A stretch of 64,000 nucleotides of DNA from Azolla caroliniana (GCA_043228905.1 JBHGNT010000010.1:8680001-8744000), one strand, 5' to 3'. Numbered from the stretch's first letter, positions 10,819-22,309 are shown. The notes: generated from the sequence alone by a model not told the origin. Numbers and translations: made by a program.

Positions 10819-11873
10819 AGTCTAAAGGGTTTGATTCTATTGCTCGTAAGGCCAATGGCAGTGTGGATACTGTTGATGTTGCGGCATGTTTAAAGGGCCC
10901 CATCTTGAAAGTAGATGTAGCAACTGACACAAGTGATCTGGTCACACAAGTTGATCAAGCATGTAGCACGGATGACTTGGTGTTGCAGGTAGATGCAGCA
11001 TGTAGCACGGATGACTTGGTGTTGCAGGTAGATGCAGCATGTAGCACGGATGACTTGGTGTTGCAGGTAGATGCAGCATGTGATACCAGTGGATTGATAT
11101 CGAGCAGAACAGTAGCTACATGCACTGAGGTAATCCAAGGATTGATAACTAAGTCGACAAAACAAGAGCACCAGAATGTGAAGCTAGGCCCAACACAGTC
11201 GACTAGGGGTTTAAAGAGGAAAAGGACACCAGTTGTGTCAGCCGAACCTGAGCTGATTGAGATTGATCGTATCCTACCAGAAAATGGTGTAACAGCGGCT
11301 CAGTTTCAGGAATGGAAACCTAAACCACTAGAAGTCGAGCGAAGAGCCTTGATCTTGGAGCTGGATAAAGTCTTGATGAGTGTGAGATATATGCAGCCAA
11401 GGAGGGACGCAAATCAGTTTCTAGAGTGGGCTGCGGAGTACTTCGATTTGTTTATTTGGAGTGAGAAACCAAAATCAGATGTGTGGAAGTGTTTGGCAAG
11501 ATTCTTCCCAAAATGGCGAAGTCGTTTTAAAGGTCAATGGGCACGAGAAAATTGTGAGCAGATGGAAGCTGCAAGATTCAAGAGGCTTTCTGATTTTTGG
11601 GCTACTTGGCCTGAATATAATGCTGACAATACATTGATTTTGGATACAGAACATTTCCGACACTACTTCAATATTCGGAGATGCTGTCTCATTCTACCCG
11701 AGGAAATTCCTGAACAGTACCTGGTGCAAACAGTGAGCTGCCAACTAGGTGCATGGTTGTGGACTCCATACCGAGCTCAATATGCGGATAATATATGTAG
11801 ACTCGTTCCACTGACTAGCAAGAGCTTAGCTGTTTATAGGAGATTTGTAGACATTTCCAATGGTAATTTATAA
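10819..11873 (+). CDS. FCP1/SCP (NIF)-like HAD phosphatase-fold exon with non-canonical catalytic motif, preceded by 13-aa repeats; probable alternative last exon of the accessory gene
   Basis: RRALILELDKVL..PRRDANQFLEWAAEYFDLFIWS..WARENC..FKRLSDFWATWPEYNADNTLILD resembles the FCP1-homology pattern (LVLDLDETL..RP..EFL..FE..IW..RE.C..KDL...NTLLIDD). Acceptor TTGCAG| at 10818 is phase-compatible with donor A|GTAAGA at 10120/10121. 39-bp repeats encode ACSTDDLVLQVDA. Confidence 0.62.
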
Positions 11874-12016
11874 ATATGTAAAGAGATGACATTATTCAAT
11901 GAAGAATTTAATTACTTGTTCCCACTGTACTTATCTACTATGTAATTTGAGGAATATGTTGCAGATTGTTGATTTCATTCTATTGATGACTATTTAGCTA
12001 TTGACAGCTAATTAGC

Positions 12017-12530
12017 TACATTTGTACAGCTAATTAGCTGCATTTGTACAGCTAATTAGCTACTGATGACTATTTCGCTATAACTTATAACTTAAAACTT
12101 AACAAAAAAGACATGATTTTATTGAGAAAGAAGCACAGAAAGCAGACTGTATACAAGAAATTGATTCCAAACGAATTTATTGATCTGTTTTCGTGAAATA
12201 CATGTTTGTTTTACAAGAGAACATGGTAAGTGCTACTTGTAGCTACAAATTCCATGGCATACTATTGTAAATACATTTGTACAGCTAATTAGCTGCATTT
12301 GTACAGCTAATTAGCTACTGATGACTATTTCGCTATAACTTATAACTTAAAACTTAACAAAAAAGACATGATTTTATTGAGAAAGAAGCACAGAAAGTAG
12401 ACTGTATACAAGAAATTGATTCCAAACGAATTTATTGATCTGTTTTCGCGAAATACATGTTTGTTTTACAAGAGAACATGGTAAGTGCTACTTGTAGCTA
12501 CAAATTCCATGGCATACTATTGTAAATACA
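12017..12530. repeat. 255-bp tandem duplication covering the transposase stop codon and 3' UTR
   Basis: 12017-12271 is repeated at 12272-12530 (e.g. AGCTACAAATTCCATGGC at 12241 and 12496). Confidence 0.9.
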
Positions 12531-15500
12531 TTCATACACATTAGCACCAACAGTGTATAAACCGGAGCAGCTATTGTATTCTGACATTGGGACGTTGATG
12601 CATCTGACCAAATGAGAGTACATATACGCTGCTGGTTTGTCTTCTAACAGCCTGTACACATATTCGTAGTCATCTAGTTTTGCATAAAAAATGCCTTCGA
12701 TGTAGAATGTCCCGGCAGATACAAAATTTCCCCATGCATCTACAATATTCTGCCTTGCACACTGTTTACTAACCGTGCACTTTAATATATAGAAATCAGC
12801 ACCCTCTGAATTGCCTTCTTCAGCATTTACAGCGAAGTTATCCCCAACGTTCAGGACATCACTCAAAGTATCTCCAAGTCCCTCATATGTGAAGTCAGCA
12901 TTCTGCCCTATTTCTCCATCAACTGCTTCCTTATCATTCAGAGTGTGATACTCCCAATTCTGAATGTATGCTTTGTTTAGACAATATCTCCAATTTCCCT
13001 ACACACAATGGAAGCAAAAACAAGTCAATTCTCTAACCGCAATACAATGACCATCCAACCTGGAATAACCGCGAACAGCATGCAGAGATCGCAATTCGGG
13101 AATTCCTTGGCACTCCCAGGTCTTCTCCCTATTTACTTCATCTATCTTCACTTCCCAAAATTCACGTTTGATATCTCGAACTTGCGAGGAATAAACACCT
13201 ATGGCACTCGTCGACATATTTGTTCTTAAAAATTCAACTACATGTGATGCACAATTCATGTGCACACCATCTGTCTTTAGTTGTTCATGGGTAAGTGCCC
13301 GCTTTATAACAGCCCCTGCACCATCATGTTCACCTTTACCATGGCCAGACCCAAAAAAATTCCATCTCATCTCCAAACCTGTTATAGCAGGATACCTCCC
13401 CACAAAATAAAATGGACGTCGAGCCTTGAATTGTGACGCAGCTCCGTCAGACCAGACCCAATGTTGAGTAAGCTCCAAACGTTGAGCTAATAACCACTGC
13501 CAATGTAACTTAAAACAGTGTTGGACGAACAAGGTATCATGCTTCTTATCATCGGAAATAAAGAAATGAATTACTTTTTTAACATCACCTGAAACTCGAA
13601 AATATGTTATGTGCACAAAAATGGTTACCTGAACTGAACACCAATGCATAGATTGAATTTCATTCTGCTGCTTGAAAGTATAATTCTCTGCGAAATCTAC
13701 TACTGAGACTACTACATCATTTGGGAAATCAGATATGCAAGTCTTAAACTGATGGGCCTGCCATGAATAAATGAAGTTGTGTTTAATGAACTTTCCTAGA
13801 GATACAACAAACAGAGACACCAAATCCCTTGGTTTAAGCATCTTCCGAACTAGATCCTTTCTTTTACACACCTTTCCTTCGAAATTGGTGTTCACTGACT
13901 CAAATAACTTCACAGAGATCAATATTTCACTACTCAATTCATTTGGACACCACCTAAATCTAGTAGGGCCACAATCTTGACATAAACCCATGACACATTT
14001 ATGAATATGGAAGATAGCGTCAGATTCTCTCGGACACAATATTGAATCTAATAAATAACTCATGGAAGAGATAACGTGCTCAGATGATTTACACTCCTCT
14101 TGCGGGCTTGATCGACAGATTTGGCACCCACATGTGCAAACTGTATTAGTTAGGGATGCACTATGGTGACGTAGTAGATTAACAGAGTCCTTCAGAAAAC
14201 CCATCTGTACATGGTAAATGCAACAACATGTGTATCGATCCTTTAAGCGTCTCACAAAGTGTGGCTTAAGAGACTCGAATGTTCGTAGTTGAACTTTGAT
14301 AGTTGGATGCATTCGTTTGAACCTAATAAATAAATCGACCTGCGTAATAAAGGGGAATTAGTTATTCTCGTAACTAGCTAACTATCCTAGTAGCTAATTA
14401 GCTATTCTAGTAGCTAGTTAGCTATTCTAGTAGCTAGTTAGCTATTCTAGTAGCTAGTTAGCTATTCTAGTAGCTAATTAGCTATCATGGTAGCTAATTA
14501 GTTGTCCTAGTAGCTAATCAGCTATCATGGTAGTTAATTAGCTGTCGTAGTAGCTAATTAGCTATCATGGTAGCTAATTAGCTGTTGTAGTAGCTAATTA
14601 GCTATCATGGTAGCTAATTAGCTGTCGTAGTAGCTAATTAGCTATCATGGTAGCTAATTAGCTGTCCTAGTAGCTAATTGGTTGTCCTAGTAGCTAATTA
14701 GCTGTCGTAGTAGCTAATTAGCTATCATGGTAGCTAATTAGCTGTCCTAGTAGCTAATTGGTTGTCCTAGTAGCTAATTAGCTATCATGGTAGCTAATTA
14801 GCTGTCGTAGTAGCTAATTAGCTATCATGGTAGCTAATTAGCTATTCTAGTAGCTAATTAGCTATCATGGTAGCTAATTAGCTGTCGTAGTAGCTAATTA
14901 GCTATCATGGTAGCTAATTAGCTATTCTAGTAGCTAATTAGCTATCATGGTAGCTAATTAGCTGTCGTAGTAGCTAATTAGCTATCATGGTAGCTAATTA
15001 GCTGTCGTAGTAGCTAATTGGTTGTCCTAGTAGCTAATTAGCTATCATGGTAGCTAATTAGCTGTCGTAGTAGCTAATTAGCTATCATGGTAGCTAATTA
15101 GCTATTCTAGTAGCTAATTAGCTATCATGGTAGCTAATTAGCTGTCGTAGTAGCTAATTAGCTATCATGGTGGCTAATTAGCTGGTCTAGTAGCTAATTA
15201 GCTATCATGGTGGCTAATTAGCTTTCCTAGTAACTAATTAGCTATCATGGTAGCTAATTAGCTGGTCTAGTAGCTAATTAGCTATCGTGGTAGCTAATTA
15301 GCTAGTCTAGTAGCTAATTAGCTATAATGGTGGCTGATTAGCTTTCCTAGTAACTAATTAGCTATCATGGTAGCTAATTAGCTGGTATAGTAGCTAATTA
15401 GCTATCATGGTAGCTAATTAACTGGTATAGTAGCTAATTAGCTATCATGGTAGCTAATTAGCTGGTATAGTAGCTAATTAGTTGTCCTAGTAACTAATTA

Positions 15501-16705
15501 GCTATCATGGTAGCTAATTAGCTGGTCTAGTAGATAATTAGCTATAATGGTGGCTAATTAGCTATCCTAACTAATTAGCTATCATGGTAGTAGCTATTGA
15601 GAGTAGCCAGTTACCTATGTAGTAGCTATCATAGTAGCTAATTAGCTATCATGGTAGCTAATTAGCTTTCCTAGTAGCTAATTAGCTGGTAATAACGAAA
15701 TAGCTAACTAGCTACCATGATAGCTAACTAGCTAGCAGTACAACTAATTATCTGGTAGTACCTAAATTAGCTATTGAGAATAGCTAATTAGCTATCATGG
15801 TAGTAACTATTGAGAGTAGCTAGTTACCTATGTAGTAGCGATCCTAGTAGCTAACTGAGGTAAATGTAACTGATAAGCTAATTAGCTTTTCTGCTAACTG
15901 AGCTAATTAACTTTCCGAGTAGAGTCAAAACAAATGTTGAGATAAATGTAAATACCTGAGGTACATCAAGAAGATGAATGGGATGCTCCTCGTATTGATT
16001 TCTTCCAACACGTTTCCTGCATAAATCCTTTTTATTGGGTGAAACCCTACTCTCATTAGTCCAAAACATTGTGATTACATCCTTGATTTCAAATGTTATG
16101 GGTGTCATTGGCTTACATCTTGTAGTTAGCTTTAGTAGACTAGTTCCTTCACCCGAGGAAATTATACGGTTCATTGTATTGTACACTGTTTTTCTACTAA
16201 CACCAATTACCTTAGATAGCTCACTGATGTTTATATCGTCAACATCACTATTAAGTAACATCATTAGACTAGACCTTTTTAAGACAAGATCATCTTCTGA
16301 CCTGCTCATGGATACGAAACTATTACGAAGATTATTTACTAAAATAGATGATATGTTTGCATTAAGACCATCACAATCAACTAAGTCCTTTATCGATGGA
16401 TCATTACATATTCCATAAAGTACTACCTTCTTTTCTTCATTGCTGATGTGCTTGGTTTGAACATTGAAATAGTCTACAACCTTTCTCTCTATGATGGTAG
16501 TCGCATTACTTACATTCTCATCTAAACTATCCTTACCTTTACTGAGTGTGGCTTTCGTATCCTTCAACAATTGACGATGTTTCCTTTTTTTTTCTGCCCA
16601 ATAGTTTCGTATGGCTTGTTGTGTCCTGATAACATCATCCCTATCCTTATGATCATTGAGGGGTAATTCTAAACACCCTTCTTCCCCTTCCATTTGGCTA
16701 GACAT
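12498..16705 (-). pseudogene. Sola2-type DDD transposase, 2 exons (16705-15956, 14339-12498), ~863 aa, one premature TAG at 13001-12999
   Basis: Donor CAG|GTATTT and acceptor GCAG|GTC give HLLDVPQ|VDLFIRFKRMHPTIKVQLRTFESLKP. A Cys-rich region precedes the motifs VDFAENY..EIQSMHW, WSDGAASQFK and FGSGHGKGEHDGAGAVIKR. The frame continues after the TAG into the 12498-12866 ORF. Confidence 0.85.
14370..15910. repeat. Palindromic TAGCTAATTAGCT satellite with strict 20-bp register (transposase intron)
   Basis: Alternating TAGCTAATTAGCTATCATGG / TAGCTAATTAGCTGTCGTAG-type units, in perfect 20-bp phase from ~14390 to ~15570. Confidence 0.95.
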
Positions 16706-17040
16706 GTTAAAACCCTAAATTTCCAGAAAAAAAAACAAGTATTAAAGATGGCTATGGGCAACAACAATACACAAAAATATTCCACACAATACACAAGATT
16801 AGACACAACAATACACAAGATAATCAATAGACAGAAAAGTTATTGCAATCCAAGACCGAACAGTAGAGGATTTCACTCTGTTGGATCCAACAGTTGAGGA
16901 GGCGATCCAAGACCGACCAATGGCAACAACTGAGTGTAGAATGTTGCCGTTGGATGAGTGAACTCCGTCAAATCGAAATGTGGAAGCAATCCGGGACTGG
17001 ACAGTAGTGGCAACTGAGTATAGAATGATGGCAATGGAGG

Positions 17041-17775
17041 AGAGAACCCCGTCAGATTGAACAGTTACCGATGATGCTTGAAACGCACATAGAAGGCACT
17101 TGAGAATAGAGTGGCATAGAGAAGAGAACCCCGTCAGATTGAACAGTTACCAATGATGCTTGAAACGCACAGTAGCGGCCCCTGAGTGAGAGTGGAAAAG
17201 AGAAGAGAACCCCGTCAGATTGAACAGTTACCAATGATGCTTGAAACGCACAGTAGCGGCCCCTGAGTGAGAGTGGAAAAGAGAAGAGAACCCCGTCAGA
17301 TTGAATAGCTCTTCGATTATGCTTGGAACGCACAGTAGCAACCCCTGAGTGTAGAGTGGCAAAGAGAAGAGAACCCCGTCAGATTTAACAACTCTTTGAT
17401 GATGCTTGGAACACACAGCAGCGGCCCCTGAGTGTAGAGTGGCACAGAGAAGAGAACCCCCTCAGATTGAACAGCTCTTTGATGATGCTTGGAACGCACA
17501 GTAATGGCCCCTGAGTGTAGAGTGGCACAGAGAAGAGAACCCCCTCAGATTGAACAGCTCTTTGATGATGCTTGGAACGCACAGTAATGGCCCCTGAGTG
17601 TAGAGTGGCACAGAGAAGAGAACCCCGTCAGATTGAACAGCTCTTTGATGATGCTTGGAATGCACAATAGTGGCCCCTGAGTGTAGAGTGTCACAGAGAA
17701 GAGAACCCCGTCAGATTGAGCAGCTCTTTGATGATGCTTGGAACGCACAGTAGCAGCCCCTCAGTGTAGAGTGGC
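17041..17775. repeat. Subterminal minisatellite, 9 units of 81-83 bp, upstream of the transposase
   Basis: GAACCCC(G/C)TCAGATT recurs at 17044, 17126, 17207, 17288, 17371, 17454, 17537, 17620 and 17703. Confidence 0.92.
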
Positions 17776-18103
17776 GGCAGGTGGACTCGATAGGGTTTAG
17801 CAACAGTGGTAGCAACTAACCCACAGTACTCAACTAGAGATGGCCTACGTGATGTGGCAAAGGATCATGCATAATGGACCTAGGAATTCGATATATAATT
17901 TATGGTACACATTTATGGTGCACACATCAATTTATGTTGCACATTTATGGCACTCATTTACATATGTAATTAAAACACTCTAGTATTTTCAATGGTAGTT
18001 TTTTGCATACTTAATTTATTAATGATGGCTTTTTACTAAAATGACTATTTATCAATGGTAGCTTTTTGCATAGCTAATTAGCTATGTCAAGGACATAGCT
18101 AAT

Positions 18104-18128
18104 TGTTTCCACTCGCATGCTTTCACCC
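18104..18128 (-). repeat. Right terminal inverted repeat (25 bp)
   Basis: TGTTTCCACTCGCATGCTTTCACCC followed by TSD TGAT. Confidence 0.95.
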
Positions 18129-18132
18129 TGAT

Positions 18133-21006
18133 CGCCTGCTTGAACATCGCCCATACAATTGTCCAATTGACTTGAAAGATGGTGCTTGTCCTCCATTTAG
18201 CCCTATCTATGGGTTATCTGAACCTGAAACCCTCAAAATATACATTGAAGAGAATCTCTCAAAGGGATTCATTCGTCACTCAAAATCTCCAACTGTCTCT
18301 CCTATTCTATTTGTCAAAAAGAAAGATGGTATGTTACGCCTATGTATCGACTATCGTGGGCTCAATCGAGTCACGATTCGAAACCGCTATCCACTACCTC
18401 TAATTCCCGAACTCCTCGACCGACTTCGAGATGGGCATATATTGTCCAAAATCGATCTCAGAAGCGCCTACAACTTGGTGCGTATCAAGCCTGGAGATGA
18501 GTGGAAAACGGCATTTCGAACCATGTATGGGCATTTTGAATACATGGTAATGCCATTTGCTTTCACAAATGCTCCTACCGTTTTCCAGCATATGATGAAT
18601 GACATCTTCCGAGAATATCTACCCCAATTTGTGGTCATCTATCTCGATGACATACTTATCTTCTCACATGACTACATAGAGCACACCAAGCACATTTGAC
18701 TTATCTTGTCCAAACTTCGGGAACATGGACTTTATGCGAAACCCAAGAAGTGTGAGTTTGATCGAACGTCAATTGAATTCCTCGGGTATGTCATTTCATC
18801 TGATGGTCTCACTATGGACGAGAAGAAAGTCAAAACGATTCGAGAGTGGGAAGTCCCCACCAGGGTCAAGGATGTGCAATCATTTTTGGGTTTTGCCAAC
18901 TTCTATCATCGATTCATTCAAGGATTCTCTACATTGGCGCAACCACTTATAGCACTCACTCAGAAGGATTCCCCTTTTTGCTAGACTCCAAGAACCCAAC
19001 TAGCATTCGAGACACGAAAGAAAGCTTTTACCTCGGCTCCGGTACTTCTACACCCAGATTTGACCAAAGCATTTATGATCAAAACTGATGCTTTTGACTT
19101 CACCATCGGTGTCATTCTCTCCCAATCAGATAACAATGGGATTCATCCTGTTGACTTTTATTCTCAAAAGTTCACATCTCCCGAGATCAACTACCCAATT
19201 TATGACAAAGAACTCTCTACCATTATTGCAGCCTTTGAAGAATGACGTCCTTACTTAACAGACGCCCAACATCGTGTCCAAGTGGTGACCGATCACAGGA
19301 ACCTCATCTACTTCACCACTACTTACATTTTGATCCGGAGGCAAGCGCAATGGTCGACCTTCCTGGCTGACTACGACTTTGAAATTGTTTTTCATCCCGG
19401 TGCCCAACATGGTAAAGTCGATGCCCTATCTCAGCGTTTGGAATTCGAAATCCGACCAGGAGATGAGACCTACAATCAACAATCACATTGTCTCCTACAG
19501 CCACATCAGATTCAACTCTTTGCAGCTTATATGGGTGTGGATGAATCATTACTCAACGCAATAGCCATAGATACTGCCATCGACAAATTTGCAAAAGAAA
19601 TTAAGGAGAAGCAAGTCAACAAATCAACCATAAAGGAGGTACGGAATAGTCAAGACCAATTTATGTTTCGAGATGGTTTTCTTTTTTGGAACAACTTAAT
19701 GTATGTCCCAGATGGTCCTTGTCATATCCGTATCATGAAGGAATGCCATGATGATGCCCTAGCTAGACATTTTGGCGTTGCAAAAACTTTGGAGTTAATC
19801 TCTAGAAGTTATTGGTGGCCGCAACCTTGGGAACTTGTTAAACAATTTGTGAAAACATGTGATACATGTGCCCACGCCAAAGCAATACATCATCGTCCCT
19901 ATGGTCTACTTCAACCTTTGCCAATTCCAAGTAGGCCATGGGCCTCCATCACGACGGATTTTATCACCGCCCTTCCCGAAATTGAGGGATTCCATTCAGT
20001 ATTGGTGGTGGTGGATAGATTCACAAAAATGGCACATTTTATTCCATGTTCTAAAGCAATTTCAGGGATGGAAACAATAGATCTATTGTTAACAAATATA
20101 GTGCGCTTTCATGGTTTACCAGATGACATTATCTCTGATCGTGGTCCCCAATTTATGTCTCATTTCTGGAAGCGCCTCTTCCAGACTCTTGGAACTTCAA
20201 CAAAAAATTTGACAGCCTTCCATCCTGAGACAGATGGCCAAACGGAACAAGTAAATCAGATCCTAGAGAAATATCTCCAATGTATGATATGTTATCAACA
20301 AGATGATTGGATCAAATTTCTTCCAATGGCTGAGTTCGCCTACAACAATACTCTCCACACATCAACTAGCATAACACCCTTCTTCGCAAATTATGGGTTC
20401 CACCCACGCTTTAGCATAACTATCCCTGTTGGTTCTGTGGATCCATCTACTGAAGAACGAGCTCGTCTGATGAAACAAGTGCATCATGACCTATCCCTAG
20501 AACTCTCCATTGCTCGGGAATGAGACAAAGAGAAGGTTGATCAACATCGACGGGTTGCACCTAGTTTTAAAGTCGGTGACATGGTCTGGCTATTACCTCG
20601 GCATATTCTGACAACTCACACACGCAACAAACTTGATTACAAAAAGTTGGGTCCATCCCGCATCATTGATAAAGTCAACCCTGTTTCTTTTCTTCTTGCT
20701 CTTCCATCACACTACTGAATTCACAATGTCTTCCATGCATCACTTCTTGAGCTCTATCATCCATCCTCAATTCTAGGAAGAAGCATCGAGCCACCTCCCC
20801 CTGTGGCATTGGCGACCGGGGATGAGTATGAAGTTGAGACCATTCTGGACTCGCGGAAGAGCCGACGAAAGCACCAATATCTTGTATTATGGAAAGGATA
20901 TCCCATCTCTAAGGCTACATGGGAGCCCGCTAGAAATTTACTAAATGCCCTGGAAGTGGTTCATGATTTTCATCTCCAATATCCTGACAAACCTGCACCT
21001 TCTTGA
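18133..21006 (+). pseudogene. Chromovirus pol: RT, RNase H, integrase, chromodomain (several stops)
   Basis: YLDDILIFS (RT); DKELSTII (RH); H..H..C..C plus ITTDFI, SDRGPQF, TDGQTE (IN); YEVETILDSR..YLVLWKGYPISKATWEP (chromodomain, 20803-21006). Confidence 0.93.
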
Positions 21007-21030
21007 AGTCGGAACTTAAGGGGAGCATAA

Positions 21031-21448
21031 TGTCATGAACATCAACTCGAATGTGAACCTTAGGCCCTTGTATATATATATTTCTCTGAGACAAACTTTA
21101 GACTTCAAACCTTTGTATAAAGAGTGGTATGTAAGACTCAATATGTAAGACCTAGTATGTAAGACCCATTATGTAAGACTCAGTATGTAAAACTCAGTAT
21201 GTAAGACTCGGTATGTAAGACTTGATATGCAAGAATTAGTATGCTTGATATTATAGTATGTAAGACTTGGCATGAGCATGCTTATCATGCATCACTACAT
21301 GTATAAAAAGGGTTGATCTCCCTTGTTAACATCAAGGAGATCAACACCAGTCATGGAATAGATATTTTTACATATTGTCATCAACTTCTGGATCTCCCAA
21401 TCTCATCAATTTCCGCATCTCTTTATCTCCAATTGTTCATCCGTGACA
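21031..21448 (+). repeat. 3' LTR of the chromovirus
   Basis: TGTCATGAAC...CCGTGACA, followed by TSD AATTC. Confidence 0.93.
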
Positions 21449-21453
21449 AATTC

Positions 21454-21780
21454 TATATACTTCTTTGGTATTTGGACCCCCAATTCTTGTGAGCTAGATG
21501 AGGGAGTTGTTAAAACCACGAACACAAACATGTCTTCCTTCCTTCCATCCTCATGTAACTAATGTATAGAGATTGTTGAAATCGTGTGGGATCCCAGATC
21601 CTTTATTGGAGTTTTAAGAGACTCAGACTCTACCGTGACTTTTTCAATAGTTCTTTTTCTCCAATCAATAGTTGGGTTATGTAACTCAAACCAAGGAAGA
21701 CCAATCACTAGGGAGTGCTCTAGACTACTAATAATGTTGAATGAGATGGCACTGGCCAAATTACCTAGGACTACACAAAT
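21454..21780 (-). pseudogene. Older Ty3/gypsy protease/linker fragment (continuation of 2970-3310)
   Basis: LVIGLPWFELHNPTIDW motif; joins the RT fragment across the TSD. Confidence 0.8.
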
Positions 21781-22309
21781 ATTTTAGATATTTATGATAA
21801 TAAATATAATGATGAAATATTCAAGAATGTTCTAGAATATTCTAAATATCTAGTAATAACTAAAACTATAATTATTATAATTACATATCATATATGTTAT
21901 TACAAGAAGTTGTGCATTCGACTCCTGATAAGCCAAAATGTAATTGTCTTCATGACAATAATTATTATAGTTGAACAAGTTACAGTGAGTAGTTGCCTCT
22001 ATAACTATGAGTGAGTGAGAGTGAGTTAGTGAGTAGTAACTCTGTCGTCGTCTCCTAGACGAAGACGAGCTCGAGGTTGTTGCCTCTGAGTCTCCTTGTA
22101 TTCCTCTCTCGACTATAGTGATTCTGTTTCTCGGGGTTTGTGGACCCCCATGGTTTGTTTCCTTTCGGGGTTTCCATGTTAAATATCTTGCATCTCGATA
22201 CATTCTCGTTTTCTGTTCTCTTCTGTCTAAGCATTACCTTGCTCGTTTCCTTTGCATCCGAACACGTATTCGTGAGCATAGCGGATTGTGGCCGGTCACG
22301 ATCCTAACA
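21781..22309 (+). repeat. Copia-type LTR fragment / solo LTR
   Basis: Ends ..GATCCTAACA and shares the CCATGGTTT..GGGGTTTCCA(C/T)GT motif with the copia LTRs at 27693 and 33108; left end uncertain. Confidence 0.55.

Larger units (their letters stand above)
5702..18128 (-). mobile_element. 12.4-kb Sola2-like DNA transposon with accessory gene
   Basis: TIRs GGGT(A/G)AAAGCATGCGAGTGGAAACA at 5702-5726 and 18104-18128; TSD TGAT at 5698-5701 and 18129-18132. Removing the element restores the host pol frame (KKNVD|RLLEHRPY). GRG termini, a 4-bp TSD and the DFAENY / WSDGAASQFK / GHGKGEHDG motifs fit Sola2. Confidence 0.88.
3311..21448 (+). mobile_element. Ty3/gypsy chromovirus LTR retrotransposon (Tcn1/Tf1-like), decayed, interrupted by a DNA transposon
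   Basis: LTRs 3311-3714 and 21031-21448 (TGTCA...TGACA); 5-bp TSD AATTC (3306-3310, 21449-21453); gag-PR-RT-RH-IN-chromodomain order; purine tract AAGGGGAG before the 3' LTR. Confidence 0.95.

Noticed and set aside
17041-17775. CRISPR-like array
   Set aside because: Whole 81-83-bp units repeat with no unique spacers, no cas genes, eukaryotic context.
5702-18128. PIF/Harbinger, CACTA or piggyBac assignment
   Set aside because: The TSD is 4-bp TGAT (not 3-bp TWA or TTAA), the ends are not CACTA, and the catalytic motifs fit a Sola2-type DDD enzyme.
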